This document shows, one piece after another, positions 38,563 through 51,294 of a DNA stretch of 64,000 nt. The number at the start of each line of letters is the position of its first letter. Within the stretch, counting starts at the first letter, position 1. A program made the translations under genes and the position numbers. The notes below the pieces were generated by a model. That model was not told the origin of the DNA and made no database searches. It saw only the letters and a program-made list of their open reading frames with translations. The stretch is from Epiperipatus broadwayi (Eukaryota > Animalia > Onychophora), in the NCBI GenBank assembly GCA_028023455.1, contig JAQFVV010000008.1, forward strand, positions 11,904,001-11,968,000, given 5' to 3'.

Positions 38563-39080
38563 AGTCATATCGAGTGACGGAACTCATTTCCTACATGACT
38601 AGCCTGCCTTGTGAGTTCAAGTAAGACTTCCAGCTGTACTGGATAGCTTGCCTCATGTAAGCTCTAATTCAGACTTTTTCAGCTGCACTCAGACAGTTTG
38701 CCTCGAGTTGAATCTAGTTCAGACCCTTCCAGCTGTACTCCGACAGCTTGTCTCAAGTTGACTGCTGTCATAGTAGTTTCCAGTCCTAAGTGGACTTGCC
38801 TCACTGTGTAGATGTGTCAGTAGTGACTAGTGAAGACAAGTTGCTGTAGGCAGAGGTTTCACTGGAGAGCATGTTCAGGTTGACAGAAGTTAACATTATC
38901 TGCCTTGCCTCCAAAAAGGCTGACTATTTATTGTCAGATCTCTTATCTTACTGGGAACACCCAGATTCAGAGCACAGACCCCAATGAAGAATTTACCCCC
39001 ATTGGATAGCAACTGGGTGCTATCCAATCAGGCAAAGAATCTGGAATAGTCCACTTCTGAAGGCATGGTCAGATATGACA
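38563..39080. mobile_element. Probable solo LTR of another family with three ~48-bp internal tandem units
   Basis: Termini AGTCATATC...GATATGACA (TG..CA with a mutated first base). Units AGAC..CCAGCTG.ACTC start at 38624, 38671 and 38721. No TSD found. Confidence 0.45.
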
Positions 39081-39089
39081 GGTTACTTC

Positions 39090-39400
39090 TGCCAAAAGTA
39101 CTCCATTCAAGTTTAATTCTATGTTTAATTTCATTCACCATATTTTAATTTGTATTAATAATTTGATCAAAGTATTTTGTAATTAGTTAATTCCTTTTAG
39201 CTCATTATTACTTTTATTTTTTTTTATAAAAAATTATTGAACATTGTTTTATATTTTTAAGTCTTACTTTCTTTCATCTGATAGCTTTTATAGCTTTTAT
39301 TGAATCTCTGAAGCATTATTTACAAAAATAACTGCATTATCAGCAAAACATTTTTGAATTAAGGGTCTGCATTAACTTTTACCTTTTTAGCTTCCTATTG
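39090..39400 (-). mobile_element. Degraded RTE RT fragment
   Basis: The minus strand matches FADD.V.F.NNASE.Q and AATCATAGAATTAAA of the main RTE. Confidence 0.6.
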
Positions 39401-39479
39401 TAAACCACTAAATGTTTATTCTAAAACTGCTAGAAAAGTATTGGAGAGGTGAATTCATCCTGTCATAGATTTTTATCAA

Positions 39480-40420
39480 TACTAATCTTTAAAACATAAC
39501 ACGACCATATTTTTTTATACTTACACAAGCTGTTAAAACAGTAACTACTTTTTCTCACAATAATGCCATCTATTGCAAGCTGCGGTAATAAATAGACACT
39601 AGAATATTGTGCATATAAATCCTATCTAATGTTTATTCATCTAATATCTACATATTAGTTTTTAGCTTATGTCTTTGATTAGTGAGGAGCTTTGGATCTG
39701 AGAGCACTGCACCTAGATCTTTGGATCAAGTGCATATCTCCAGCATCCACCTTTTATCTTTTTAGTTTATTATAAAGCTATTAACCCAAATTAAAAATAC
39801 AATAATTTTTTCAAGTCAAGATAATTTGCTTGTATAGTCATACAATAGTATCTTAATATTTTGGTGCTGTTGGTCTTTTAGTAATCATAGTCACCAATAT
39901 TATTACATTAGGATGGTATTAAATCATTAAAACATTATATTTCTTATATTTACAAAAGCTGTTAAAATAGTAGCTACTTTTTCAAACAATAAGGCAAGCT
40001 ATAGTAATCAATAGATGTTAGAAGGTTGTTGATTTTAATTCCTATCTAAAGTCTACTCATCCAATATCCCAAAACTTGTTTCTAACTTATGGCTTTTATC
40101 AGCTTGAATTGGAAACATTATTGTGTTTTCAATTTGGGTTCATAGCTTTAAAGTTAACTAAACAGCAAAAGGTGGGTATTGAAGGGATGCATTAGATCCA
40201 AAGATAAATGTGCATTGCTCTCAGATTCAAGTGCCCTCACTGATGAAAGATTAGTCTAGTAGCATTGGATTAGTAGGCATTAGATAGGGATTTAAATGCA
40301 AATCGTTCTATAATCTATTGATTAATATAGTGTGCACTAGATGGCACTATTGTGTGGAAAAAGTAGCTAATGTTTTAATATTCTAGCTTTGTATTAACAC
40401 ATATCTTACTAATCAGTGAT
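39480..40420. mobile_element. Old composite of family A monomers (about 1.4 in one orientation plus one inverted)
   Basis: Matches 50752-51459 blocks (CTTTGGATCTGAGAGCACTGCA.CTAGATC; CTCATCCAATATCCC). Inverted copy at 40090-40400. Decayed hammerhead cores near 39660-39690, 40070-40105 and 40235-40256. Confidence 0.72.
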
Positions 40421-40589
40421 CACTTTCTGTGTTCAATTTATTAAGAATACTATAGTCTTGATATATATATAGTCTGTTAATCAAAATATAATTTAGTTCT
40501 GATGTACATGAATTTATTTTGTTTCAAAATATCCTTTACATCTATACAATGTGATAAAAAATAGTTCAATATAATATGATGACATAGCA

Positions 40590-41172
40590 GACCACAATAA
40601 GAATAAATTTTGTGGAATAAACCTTTGCATTTCACTTATCTGTCATTAAGTCTAATAACTAATCTTCCCATACCATCTGATATATTATTAATTATCATAA
40701 TATTATTCTTTCATTTTCTGATAATGATGAAGTATTTTCCATTTGTCTGCCTTTTAAAATCAGTTTTGTCTTCACATTTTCTTCTAACTTCATAATGCTT
40801 ATTATATAATTCTATCAATTCATGAAGTCTTTCTTCATTTAAAAGTAATCTATAGTTATACAGAACAAAATAACAAATCATCATTGAATTTCAACCTATA
40901 TACACAATCAGGTTAGTTTTATCTGTTTAAGTATTTAAAAAACAGAATTCACACACAAATGCACTAACCATCTTTTACAAATCAAAATAATGTGTCATAA
41001 ATTTATTAAGTATTTGAGAAAGAAGGACATCTACATGTTGTTTTTGTTGTTGTTTTTTTGTTCTTAAAACTCAGAAATAAAGCCAGTAAACTCACATGCC
41101 AATTAATGCATGTTAGTGAACAATTTATTAATGTTTGTTTACCGTGTAAATAATTCTGTAGTAATCACAACT
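40590..41172 (-). mobile_element. Degraded 5' end of an RTE copy (5' UTR plus APE start)
   Basis: 40590-40860 on the minus strand matches APE (GAAGTTAGAAGAAAA.GTGAAGA). 40965-41172 matches the 9871-10060 segment. Confidence 0.6.
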
Positions 41173-42249
41173 ACAATATTATTTTAATGAGCTCTTGCAG
41201 TCTAAATTTCAAAAAATATGTCATAACAATAGTGGTAATTAAGATTTTCATTTTTACTGAAATTGTGGAAATAAAAAAACAAAACAAACTTATCTATTCA
41301 CGAAAATAAAAAAGGAAAAGTCAGTAAGCTATAATGATGTTAGTAAATGTTTGCTTAAAGATTTGTAATGATAGTATTTATTTGTAGTTGCATGTTGAAC
41401 AATTTTTATCATCTAGTGTAATTGTTAGTAGAAAAATTCAAACTTTACTGATTGTATTGGAAAAGTATAAATAAAACTTTATTTATTTATTTTTTAGATT
41501 AACAAGTTAACAAAATAATGGAAGTTGTCCAACATAAATGTTAGTCAATATTAACAGATCTCATATCAACAAAATTGAAATTTGTACTTTGGAAAATTAT
41601 TCTAAGGTGGCTAATAGTAAAATTTACAAATCGCTTTTGATAATACTCATTTTGCAAAACAATTTCATCCCAAATAATTTTGTTCAATTAAATTCATACT
41701 AAAAAGAAATCTTATAACAGAATGCTTGAAACATCTATATTTTCTATTAATTTCCTTGATCCTACAAATAAATTATTTTTGTAAGACTGCCTTACATTGA
41801 TTATTTAGAAGCTATAGCCCAAATGAAGTTAAAGATAATTTTATTTTATTTCTCTACATCCTACCAAAAGTTTTTGACAATAATTTACATCAATAGGCAT
41901 AAATAAAGTGAAATAGAGTGTAGAAAATTAAATTGAAATAAAAAAAAATTAGATTAAATAATAAAGGAAAGTAATCCTATTATTAATGAAAAAATTATGC
42001 ATACTCTTTGATTCATCATTTTCATTTGCTTTAAAAAGAATTGATATAGTTCTGAAATTAAAAAGATCTATAATGTGTACTGAAATTTATTTGATTAATG
42101 TACTAATAGTTTTGATTTTAACATTTAGTTAATTAGACAAATTCATAAATGATAATTTCTTGCATAATTTCATGGAATAAATTTCCATGAGTTGCAGTTA
42201 TAATGCTTCAAGTTTATAGAACATTAATTCTACTGAAAAATGTTAGCAT

Positions 42250-43900
42250 ACAATCATTTTGACAAATTAGTCAACATTTGTTTAAAATGAAAATATCATC
42301 TCTGGTAGATGTGTGTGATACATCTAATGAAAATCAAACTGAAAGCTTAAAGCTTCAGCTTGATCAGTCAGGTGATATTGATGATGTATTTATTAAAATG
42401 TATAGTTCATTATGAATCTGTGAATACTTTTTCCAAAGAGCTAGAATCTCTTTATTTTTTTTTTTAATTCACCATGTCTATTAGCAAAATAATGAGAAAC
42501 TCTTGCAATGTGAAGAATTTAATAAGTCTGAATATGAAAATGATCTCAACTATACTTAAAAAAAAAATCATTGGGTGTGTAAAGCCTTAAATTTCAAATT
42601 AGACTCTTGAAAATGAAAATAATGATTAAAAAAAATGTCTATCTGTGTGTTATTACTAACAAGTTGTTTGTATTTGAAAAGTTTAAATAAAGTTTAAAAA
42701 TTTTCTATACATTCAACATTCACTCATAAATGATGGAAATATTCCAACATATCACATCTTATTAAAGCAAAAAGGTTTGTTAGCAATAGCAAATTTAAAA
42801 TGTGTAATATATAACGACTGTAACCATTAATGTTAAAGATTTTAATAATTATATTAAAAAATGCATAAACTTAGGAATTTCTGATGAAAGAATTCATTCT
42901 ATTTTTCATTTGATCAATGCAAATTTATATCTTTAATCCACATTAAAATGTTTACCTGCTGAGTGGAATTGCTTTTATTATTTAAATAATATTATTATTA
43001 TTTAAATAATATTACAGCAAAATGTGTCATCATTTTAATAAATTTGCAAGTTATTTTTTGACCTATTATTATATTTTATTCATCTTCAGAAAGTTTGCTT
43101 ATCTCTAGTTCAGTCTGCTCCAATAAATTATCTATAATTGCCATGTATTTAACTGACACAAAGCAAAAAAAATATTATGACTCTCGTAAAATATCCTAAG
43201 TATTATTAAGTCATTGTCTTTATTCAGATAAACTTTTTAGTATGTTTTTGCTTAGATGCATTATTTTATCTTGTCAGATAAAAGATAAATTTATGCCTCC
43301 CACTCAAATTATTAAGGCTTTTGGCAATAGTAATTGTAGACTTCATTAAAACTTTATTTAATAATAGAATACTGAAAGCTATAAGTATATAACTGATTAA
43401 TCATCAAATAAATAAAATAATTTTCATGCATGAAAAATACAAATTCCAACAAGAATATAAAAATCTAGAAAATTTAAGAATGTTTTTGATAATGAAATGT
43501 TGAACTGAAAACTAATTTTACTTCAAATTAATCAAAATACTCTAACTAATTTAATGTACTTTTCTCTTATATATTTTATTTTTTCATGTATTCCCTAAAC
43601 AAGCCATTTTTGTAAATAAATAGCAATCTTATATATTTTTAATATAAATAAGCTACTTTATGGCAAATATATATTTAATTAAAAACTAAAATGAGTTCGT
43701 ATGTAAATATTTTAAAATTTATTATGTGTTCATACATGCAGGCTTAAAGTTATGTAAAATTTTATGCTGCCTGAATTCACCTTTCTGAGCTGGCTATGAA
43801 GAAGAAAAAGAAGGAATTGTCTAGGCCTGCAAGTTTTAAGGGCAGACATAAAATATGTGCAAAAAAATTTTGTTATAAAAAAGAATCATTCTGTGTTTGT
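42250..43900 (+). pseudogene. Very degraded hAT (Charlie-like) transposase remnant
   Basis: KLQLDQSGDI at about 42345-42380 resembles the hAT motif F.LQLDESTD. Later fragments are only loosely compatible. Confidence 0.3.
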
Positions 43901-44005
43901 TTTTTTACTTCAAAAGATAGTAAATTCTTTTACTCACATTTAGCATTAGTTTGTGAGTCTTGATCCCTAATCATTTATGGATTGAAAAGTAAAATGATTA
44001 GAATC

Positions 44006-44776
44006 TGCTGTGTCAGCAACTATGACTGGACAGCCAGCAAATGAATATATATGTAAAAAACTCACAATATTTTAAATAATCAGAATAGTGAATAGTCTGC
44101 AACAAGACTATCTCTACAGTTGACTAATGTTCAATTCCCTTGATGTATTTTAAGGCTGGCTGCTACAAAAATGGTTCACAATGGGCTCTTTTACACACAC
44201 TTTGGACCCAGTCCAGTTTAGCAGCACACAAACACTTCATAGTAGCACTGTGACTGACTTTAAGCTCCTTACAGCTTCTATCTCTGCAACAATCCACCAG
44301 TAACTCTACTTGAAAGCCACTGGAAACTCAACTATTCATTTAGCTGCTATCTGGATGGTTTCCTCGGGCTATGGTCTTCCAATCTCTGTGGGCCTATTCA
44401 GTTATACCTGTGAACTACATTTCCACTAAGCGCTGGACATTAACTGAAGCACTGACACTAGATCTCTCCTACTGGAATTGAATAGGAAAGTCAACCGGAG
44501 ATGCACTCGAATGGCCTGATGTCCTTGTTACATACTCTTTTTATAGCTTTCTGATAACTGCAACAATTAATTATCTTCTCCAATAAAGTAAGGTCTCTTA
44601 TCTAGAAATATTTGCAATCAGCAAATATTTCGTGAAATTTTATTGATCGACATTACGTTAATTCTTTAATTAAATTTTTCAGTTATCAGTACGCGATCTA
44701 AAAACAATCAAATACTGTAAATTCTAGTTTTTCTGGAGTGCACAAACTTGTATGCAATTTTTATAAAAATACAACA
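44006..44776. mobile_element. Solo LTR (771 bp) with perfect 5-bp TSD GAATC
   Basis: TGCTGTGT...ATACAACA. GAATC at 44001-44005 and 44777-44781. Homologous to 6342-7101. Confidence 0.88.
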
Positions 44777-46183
44777 GAATCATAAAAGCTCAATAACTAA
44801 AATGCATATTTATTCAAAATTTTCATAAGATTTGTTGGTTTACTGAACAATATTTGTCTGTATTTTAAAGTAAAAATGAATATTTTTGTAAGTTTTAAAA
44901 ATGTTTATCAGTAGTTATTGGGGACATAAAAGCTGCATTCCATGCAAGCATTGAATATTTGGAGCACTGATACTAAAGACCTTTGTATTATTTTTATATT
45001 ACAAATCTCAATAATCTCTTTACATTTGCATGATCTTTTTTTCTTTTCAAAATAACGCAGAAATACAAATATATGGAAATAAACCATACATTTTCACCAC
45101 TGTCTTATTAATAAATCCACTTAAGTATTAAATTATAATCGTTAAATTTTTGAATTTAATTTAAATCATTTTATATGATTATAAGTATCTTTTAACTCAC
45201 AGATTTTCAATCATAACTTGTTTTTTCAAATATTTTTTCTTTTATAACTTCATTCTTTTCCTTCTCAGAAACCTTTTGTTTTTACATTTTTATATAGCAT
45301 TGTTATAAATTTATTATAATTGCTAAAAACAAAAATATCAATAAAATCAATATTTATTAATGACTATTTTTTAAATTTTATTTTATTGTTTTTCATTTTA
45401 TGTAAACATATGATGTGAATTATTTAAAAGAATAATATAAGTTAATATAAAGATAAAAAAAGGATGTAAAAAAAGAAATTCTAAGAAATGGAGGGAATGA
45501 CTAAAGTAGATGCATTACAGAAGATTTTTTTTATAAAGAAATTTGAAAAACTAATGAGATTTGAAACATTTGTAGTTTAAAAGAAATTTATACACAAATA
45601 TTTTTATTTACATTCAAAAATATAATCATTAAAAAGAAAATATACAAACATAATTGATATATATACATATTGAAACATTTCATAATGACAAATTTTTAGA
45701 AGAGAGAGAGAGAGTGTAATAATATAAAAAAAATTAAAAAAAGCAAAATAAATGTTAGGCTAAAATTTGACTTTTTTAAAGTTAATTCATATAATTTTGT
45801 TATAAATAGGGAAATAATAATTATTCAAATAAAATAGATTTTTTATCTTGATTTGAATAGAAAACCTGAACATAAGAAGAGTGGAGTGTTCATATAGAAT
45901 AAATGTGCACACAGTTTGTTATATTATCAAAAGAAATAATAGTAATATTAATGATTAATCTTGGTAATAAAAAAAATTAAAAAGAGTAATAAATCATTCT
46001 GATCATTGTTTCTTTTTTTTTTTTTAAAAAAAAAGAAAATATTAATGTATACAAAATTTATTATTTTAATTTTCAATTAACAATTTTGCTGTCTAGAATG
46101 TTATGTTGGAATACTATTATGAATGTTGATGGAAAATTGTGATTAAAAATGGGGGGGGGGGAATAAACTAGAATAATCTTGAC

Positions 46184-46671
46184 CATGGTCTTCAACCTTT
46201 TCACACCTGCAGACTGGTAAAAATAAAGATAAGGTTTTGCAGACCGGCAAAAATAAGGATATGGTTTCGCAGACCAGCAGAAGTCTATAGATAAATTTTT
46301 TTAAAGATGTAAACTGCTTAGCCTTAGATAAAGTTATATATATATGGAGTTTGTATAATAAAAAACTTTTTTTTTTTAATTTTTTTAGAAAAGTAATAAA
46401 AAATTTAATTCTACCCCCCCCTCCATAAACATCTGTGATAACTAGAAAAGCAAATTAATTTATGTATGATTGATTAATTTTGTTTTCTTTCTGTTTTTTT
46501 TTTAATTGGGTAAAAATGAGATGAAAAAATAAATAAAAATTGTTTATATTAATTAAAAGTTTAAACTCTTATTATTTTATTATTACAAACTTTCCTGCCA
46601 GTCTACCGCGGACCGATAAAAAACTTATGCAGCCCTACACCGATCCGCGGACCAAGGATTGAAGACCACTG
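46184..46671. mobile_element. Non-autonomous hAT (Charlie-type) MITE
   Basis: TIRs CATGGTCTTCAACC / GGATTGAAGACCACTG. 8-bp TSD ATCTTGAC/ATCTAGAC (NTCTAGAN). Three subterminal GCAGAC.. repeats. Confidence 0.85.
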
Positions 46672-47661
46672 ATCTAGACCCTTAGAGTAAAAAGTAGTAG
46701 AAAAGTTTCGTCTTCAGGACTGATAATAAAGACATTTTTATTGGAAATTTATAAACAAAATGAATTTTTGAACAAAAGGAAGAAAGGGAAGATTTTCTTT
46801 TCTCATTGGCTGGATTTCTAAAGAGTTGGAAAGATTGACTAGATTAAAATTTATACCTCTCTCACTTTATAATTTATTTGCTAATTATTGTATTATGGAA
46901 AAAATACCTGAAATATTAGAAGACACCATTCCAAATAATAATTATTTCAATCAACAAAAAATATCATTAGAAGCTGTATTCTTTGGGATCCCAAAAGGAC
47001 AGATTTTAAAAAAATGAACTAAACAATTTCTGATAGTATCTAGTTGGTAACTTTACTTTCTTATTATTTTAATGTATTTCAAAATATGATAATGGAAAAG
47101 TTAAATTTATTTAAATTCTAAGGGTAGCATTCTAAAAAAACATTTTATATTTTTTAATAATTATTTTTTGATAAGATTCATTTCTAAGAATAGCATTAAA
47201 GAAATATTGAAAATATATTTTAATGGTTTTATATTAAAATGGAAATATCTATTTAAGATAGTTAGCAAGGGGGAGAGAGACTAATTGATTCTTACATTAC
47301 CTTAAAAAATAAAACAGTAAGGTAAATGCTATGGAGTAAGATTTCAATATAATAGAATTAAATTTTGAAAATAAATAGATATAGAAATATATACAATTTA
47401 GAAATAAAGAAAATTAGTTTAATTTTCTTTTTTTAGTAAAATAGTTTTTTTTTTTAAATAAATAAATAAAAAGTTTAATTCTCTGATAAAGTAAAAAGAA
47501 ATATTTATTTAAAGAATTTAATTCATGGATTCCAAACTAATTCAAGTCTGCTCTGGGCATAGAGCTGAATTCAGTAGAAGTGGGTTCAGTAGCATCTAAT
47601 CAACTATACACCAATCTAATGAAAATAACTACCACTGATAAAGAAACTAATCATGATGAAA

Positions 47662-47806
47662 TCAACTCTTCATTTTATGAAAAACCAATCGTGATAAAAT
47701 CAGCCCTTCAAATATGTGAAAGGCCATTGCAATGAAAATAATTAAGAAAAACCACTGAGTCCAATATCGTAAATTAAAACCTTGAATTTCCTCTAATGTA
47801 AGAGCT
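47662..47806 (-). CDS. Candidate terminal coding exon with a C-terminal hydrophobic helix
   Basis: Polypyrimidine tract plus TATAG acceptor; ALTLEEIQGFNLRYWTQWFFLIIFIAMAFHIFEGLILSRLVFHKMKS*; AATAAA about 155 nt downstream. No homologue recognised. Confidence 0.33.
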
Positions 47807-49363
47807 CTATAATAAAAATATATGAAGTAAAAAAAAAAAATTAAACCACATTTATAAATCATCATAAAAGTCAACTGTACACCAAAATGCTTTTAGAATC
47901 TTAGGCAAGCTATAAGTTATTTTAAGGATATAGACTTTTGGAACTACCTAAAGACTTTATATTATTATTTTAACACATCAGTTGTTTATTTCTTAACATT
48001 TTTCATTAGAATGAACAATTATCATGTATAGATTAAATTTACTTATTTTATTTTATTTAGTGAAGTCTTTTATTATAGTCATTTTAGTTTTAAAATTTAG
48101 GATGAAACAGTGAATTGTGAAAATGAATTTTCCTTTAGAGTTATTTAATAATAAGTACTAGTTAGCCTGCAATAATTGGTTATCATTCTAAGTTCAGTCA
48201 GATCACTTTTTTTTTCTATTGATGTTTATGATAATCTAGATTATATAAAGTTTGATAAAGAATAAATTAGTATGCATAGGTCAGTGGAAATATTTTATTG
48301 TAACTGAAATCCAGTAACACCATGAAATTTTATTAAATATTTTTTTTTAGGATCAAATATTGCAAGGGACAAGTAGCTTAATAATTGGTTGGTAACCTAT
48401 TGAAACTAATGTTTGGGATATACTTCCATCTTGGAAATTTTATTAAAATAGACTTGAATTTATTAATTAAATTTTAAAATAGAATTCCATTTCCAGTGAA
48501 ATATATGTGTTACTCATACATATATAACCTGTAAATATTAAAATGGATAATATTTGTAATGTACTTAAGAAATTTATATACATTATTCTTATACATATAT
48601 TATTAAGGCATACATAGAATATGACTGATATATGCAACCATTTTTATATTTAAAATATAATTTTGGTATAGTTATTAATAATTTGTATGCTTTATTTATT
48701 ATATAAATTTTGAAGTATTTTCTAAAGTATAATGTTGTATGCATTTAATTATTTATTTATACAATAATGATGTTAAAACTATTAATTTGTGATAATACTG
48801 AAGTCTAAAACAATATTTACACACGTATTCCTGACAAATGTGGTCCATGAAGTATATGGAAAGAGGTATAGCAACATTATTTATGTGGATATATCAAATT
48901 AAGAGTTATAGGCCATTGACATATCTTATTATAGGTTTCAGAAATGTCAAATAATAAAAAATACTTTGATTAAATACTGTAATATAATAATAATGCATTT
49001 GTAATAAATATTTATTATTTATTTACTTTAGAGCTTATTTATTATCTATTATTAGATCAATGGTATTGTATTATACAATGATCATCAAGATTTTCAATGG
49101 AATCTTGAGGTTCTTTTTAATCTAGGGAGACATATATAAATATACTGATAATGATTGAGTATTCTGGGAGATTTATGGTAGGATATCTTCACCAGTAAAC
49201 AAATTTTCCCTATGCTGACTGAAACTACTGAGCAGAATAATTCTACCAGTTACAAGCATAAATAGCATTGTAAATCTAGTGGCATCCTCTAGTGATTAAT
49301 ACTGGCTTATGTGCAGGTCCTCTCCTTCCCATTACCATATGCACACATATTTATCAATATATA

Positions 49364-49747
49364 ATTCTATAATTAAAACACTTCTTTTTTTTTCAAAAAC
49401 TTTATTTGATGTATATATATATATCCACTTGTTCCAACGTTTCGACTATTTTTACTCTTTAGTCATTTTCAAGGATTTGACTCCCTTCTCAAAAAACTTT
49501 CCCTTTTTACCTAAAAAAAAAAAAAAGGTAAAAGGGAAAGTTTTTTGAGAAGGGAGTCAAATCCTTGAAAATGACAATAGAGTAAAAATAGTCAAAACGT
49601 TGGAACAAGTGGATATATATATATACATCAAATAAAGTTTTTGAAAAGAAAAGAAGTGTTTTAATTATAGAATTATATGGCTATATGTAATGTATATTTT
49701 GAAAAGAAAAAAAGGATTGAGTCGTGATTAGAAACAGATGTAAATGG
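49364..49747 (+). mobile_element. Near-perfect hairpin (~155-bp arms) + 69-nt tail with 17-bp TSD; PLE 3'-end derivative
   Basis: Inverted repeat 49358-49678 around an A-run loop at 49513-49525. ATATTTATCAATATATA at 49347-49363 and 49748-49764. Confidence 0.85.
49433..49475 (-). ncRNA. Minimal type I hammerhead ribozyme, U3-A8 variant (mutated mirror copy at 49561-49603, plus strand)
   Basis: TCC-TTGAAAA-T-GACTA-AAGAGTAAAAA-TAGTC-GAAA-C-GTT-GGA: stem I TCC/GGA, 5-bp stem II, palindromic AACGTT stem III. Confidence 0.7.
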
Positions 49748-50861
49748 ATATTTATCAATATATATAATATTCTAATGAAATAATACAAAATCATCATACA
49801 CATTAAATTATTTTATACTTAAATATTTTTTATGGTTTTTAAAATAAGCATAAATAAATGTAAGGAAAAATACAAGCTTATAAATATCTTTCTTTTTTTT
49901 TTAAATATTTCAATAGTAAAATAATAGGATTACTTCTTGAGTAAAATAAATTTTATTTCATGAAATTGATAGATATTTTTATTTTGTATAAATATTGGTA
50001 AAGATTTATTTGATTATCATAGCCTTATGGTTTATTTATTTACTTGATAACCATTAAAGAAGGTACATCTAAGATTTTATACTAGAGGACTGAGACTTAT
50101 GTACTAGCGAAAATAATGAATATAACAATATTTATTTTATATGTCAAATAGAGCATCAAGAAAATATTTTATGTAAAAGCAAAATGAAAAATATATGTGC
50201 TCTTGATTATATCAAAATGTTTTCTTGCTTTAAAGAAAATAAAATTAAATGGCATGATAAGGCAAATGCTCTATACAATATTTGAGAAATATATTCATCC
50301 ATGTATATTTATAAGAAGTACTATAATTATTGATATTATTTTGAAATAGTCATATAATTTTTTTGCTCAAGGTCATAAGTAAAATATTTAACAAATCAGT
50401 ATAGATTAGAGATAATAAGCAAAACATATTACAAGTAATTGGAATGCATGAGCAAACTGATGTGTGATAATTGTTTCACAAATATCAATTGATATGTAGA
50501 TTAATTTGCTGTTCTTTTACATAATTTTCAATATACAGTATATAGAGGTACAATTCCAGATAAAGAAAATATTTAGTTAAAAATTTTAAAATAGATAAAA
50601 TGATAGTTTAGAATGTTGATTATATCAGATATTTGTTTATTTATCTATCTATTTTATTATTGTTATATATTTATTTAATTAATTATTAATCAATTTTGTA
50701 TCACATTTTATTCAAATATATTTTGTAATAAAATTATACTGTTATTTACATAAAGGCAAAACTCTCCATACAGTAGTGCCATTCAGTACAAACCATAGTA
50801 ATCAATGACTGCAGGAAGGTTTGTGGTTAAAATTTCCTATCTAGTGCCTACTCATCCAATA

Positions 50862-50903
50862 TCCCCAGACTAGTTTCTAGCTTGTGACTTTCATCAATGA
50901 GAA
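50862..50903 (-). ncRNA. Type I hammerhead-like motif (C3 mutated to T)
   Basis: TTCTCA-TTGATGA-AAGTCACAAGCTA-GAAA-CTAGTC-TGGGGA. Confidence 0.5.
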
Positions 50904-51258
50904 ACTTTGGATCTGAGAGCACTGCATCTAGATCTTAGTATCTAATGCAACCCTCCAATAGTCATATTTTATCTTATTAGTTAACTATAAAGCTTTGAGT
51001 CCAAAATGAGAACACAATAATGTTTTCAATTCAAACTCATTTGCTTGTATAGTCATATAGATCTGAACTCAGTTCAGCATCTATACATTTTGGTGTCTTT
51101 GGTTCTTTAATAACCACAGCCACCATAATCCTATTGGGCAGGAATGGTATTAAACAACTAAGTATCACTTGGTAACCATTATTTATGCTTACACATGCTG
51201 TTAACACAGAGGCAAAACTCTCCATATAGTAGTGCCACTCAGTGGAAGCCAGAGTAAA

Positions 51259-51294
51259 CACTGATGAAAGTCACAAAGTAGAAACTAGTCTGGT
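51259..51294 (+). ncRNA. Type I hammerhead motif (intact core, truncated stem I)
   Basis: CA-CTGATGA-AAGTCACAAAGTA-GAAA-CTA-GTC-TG. Confidence 0.55.
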
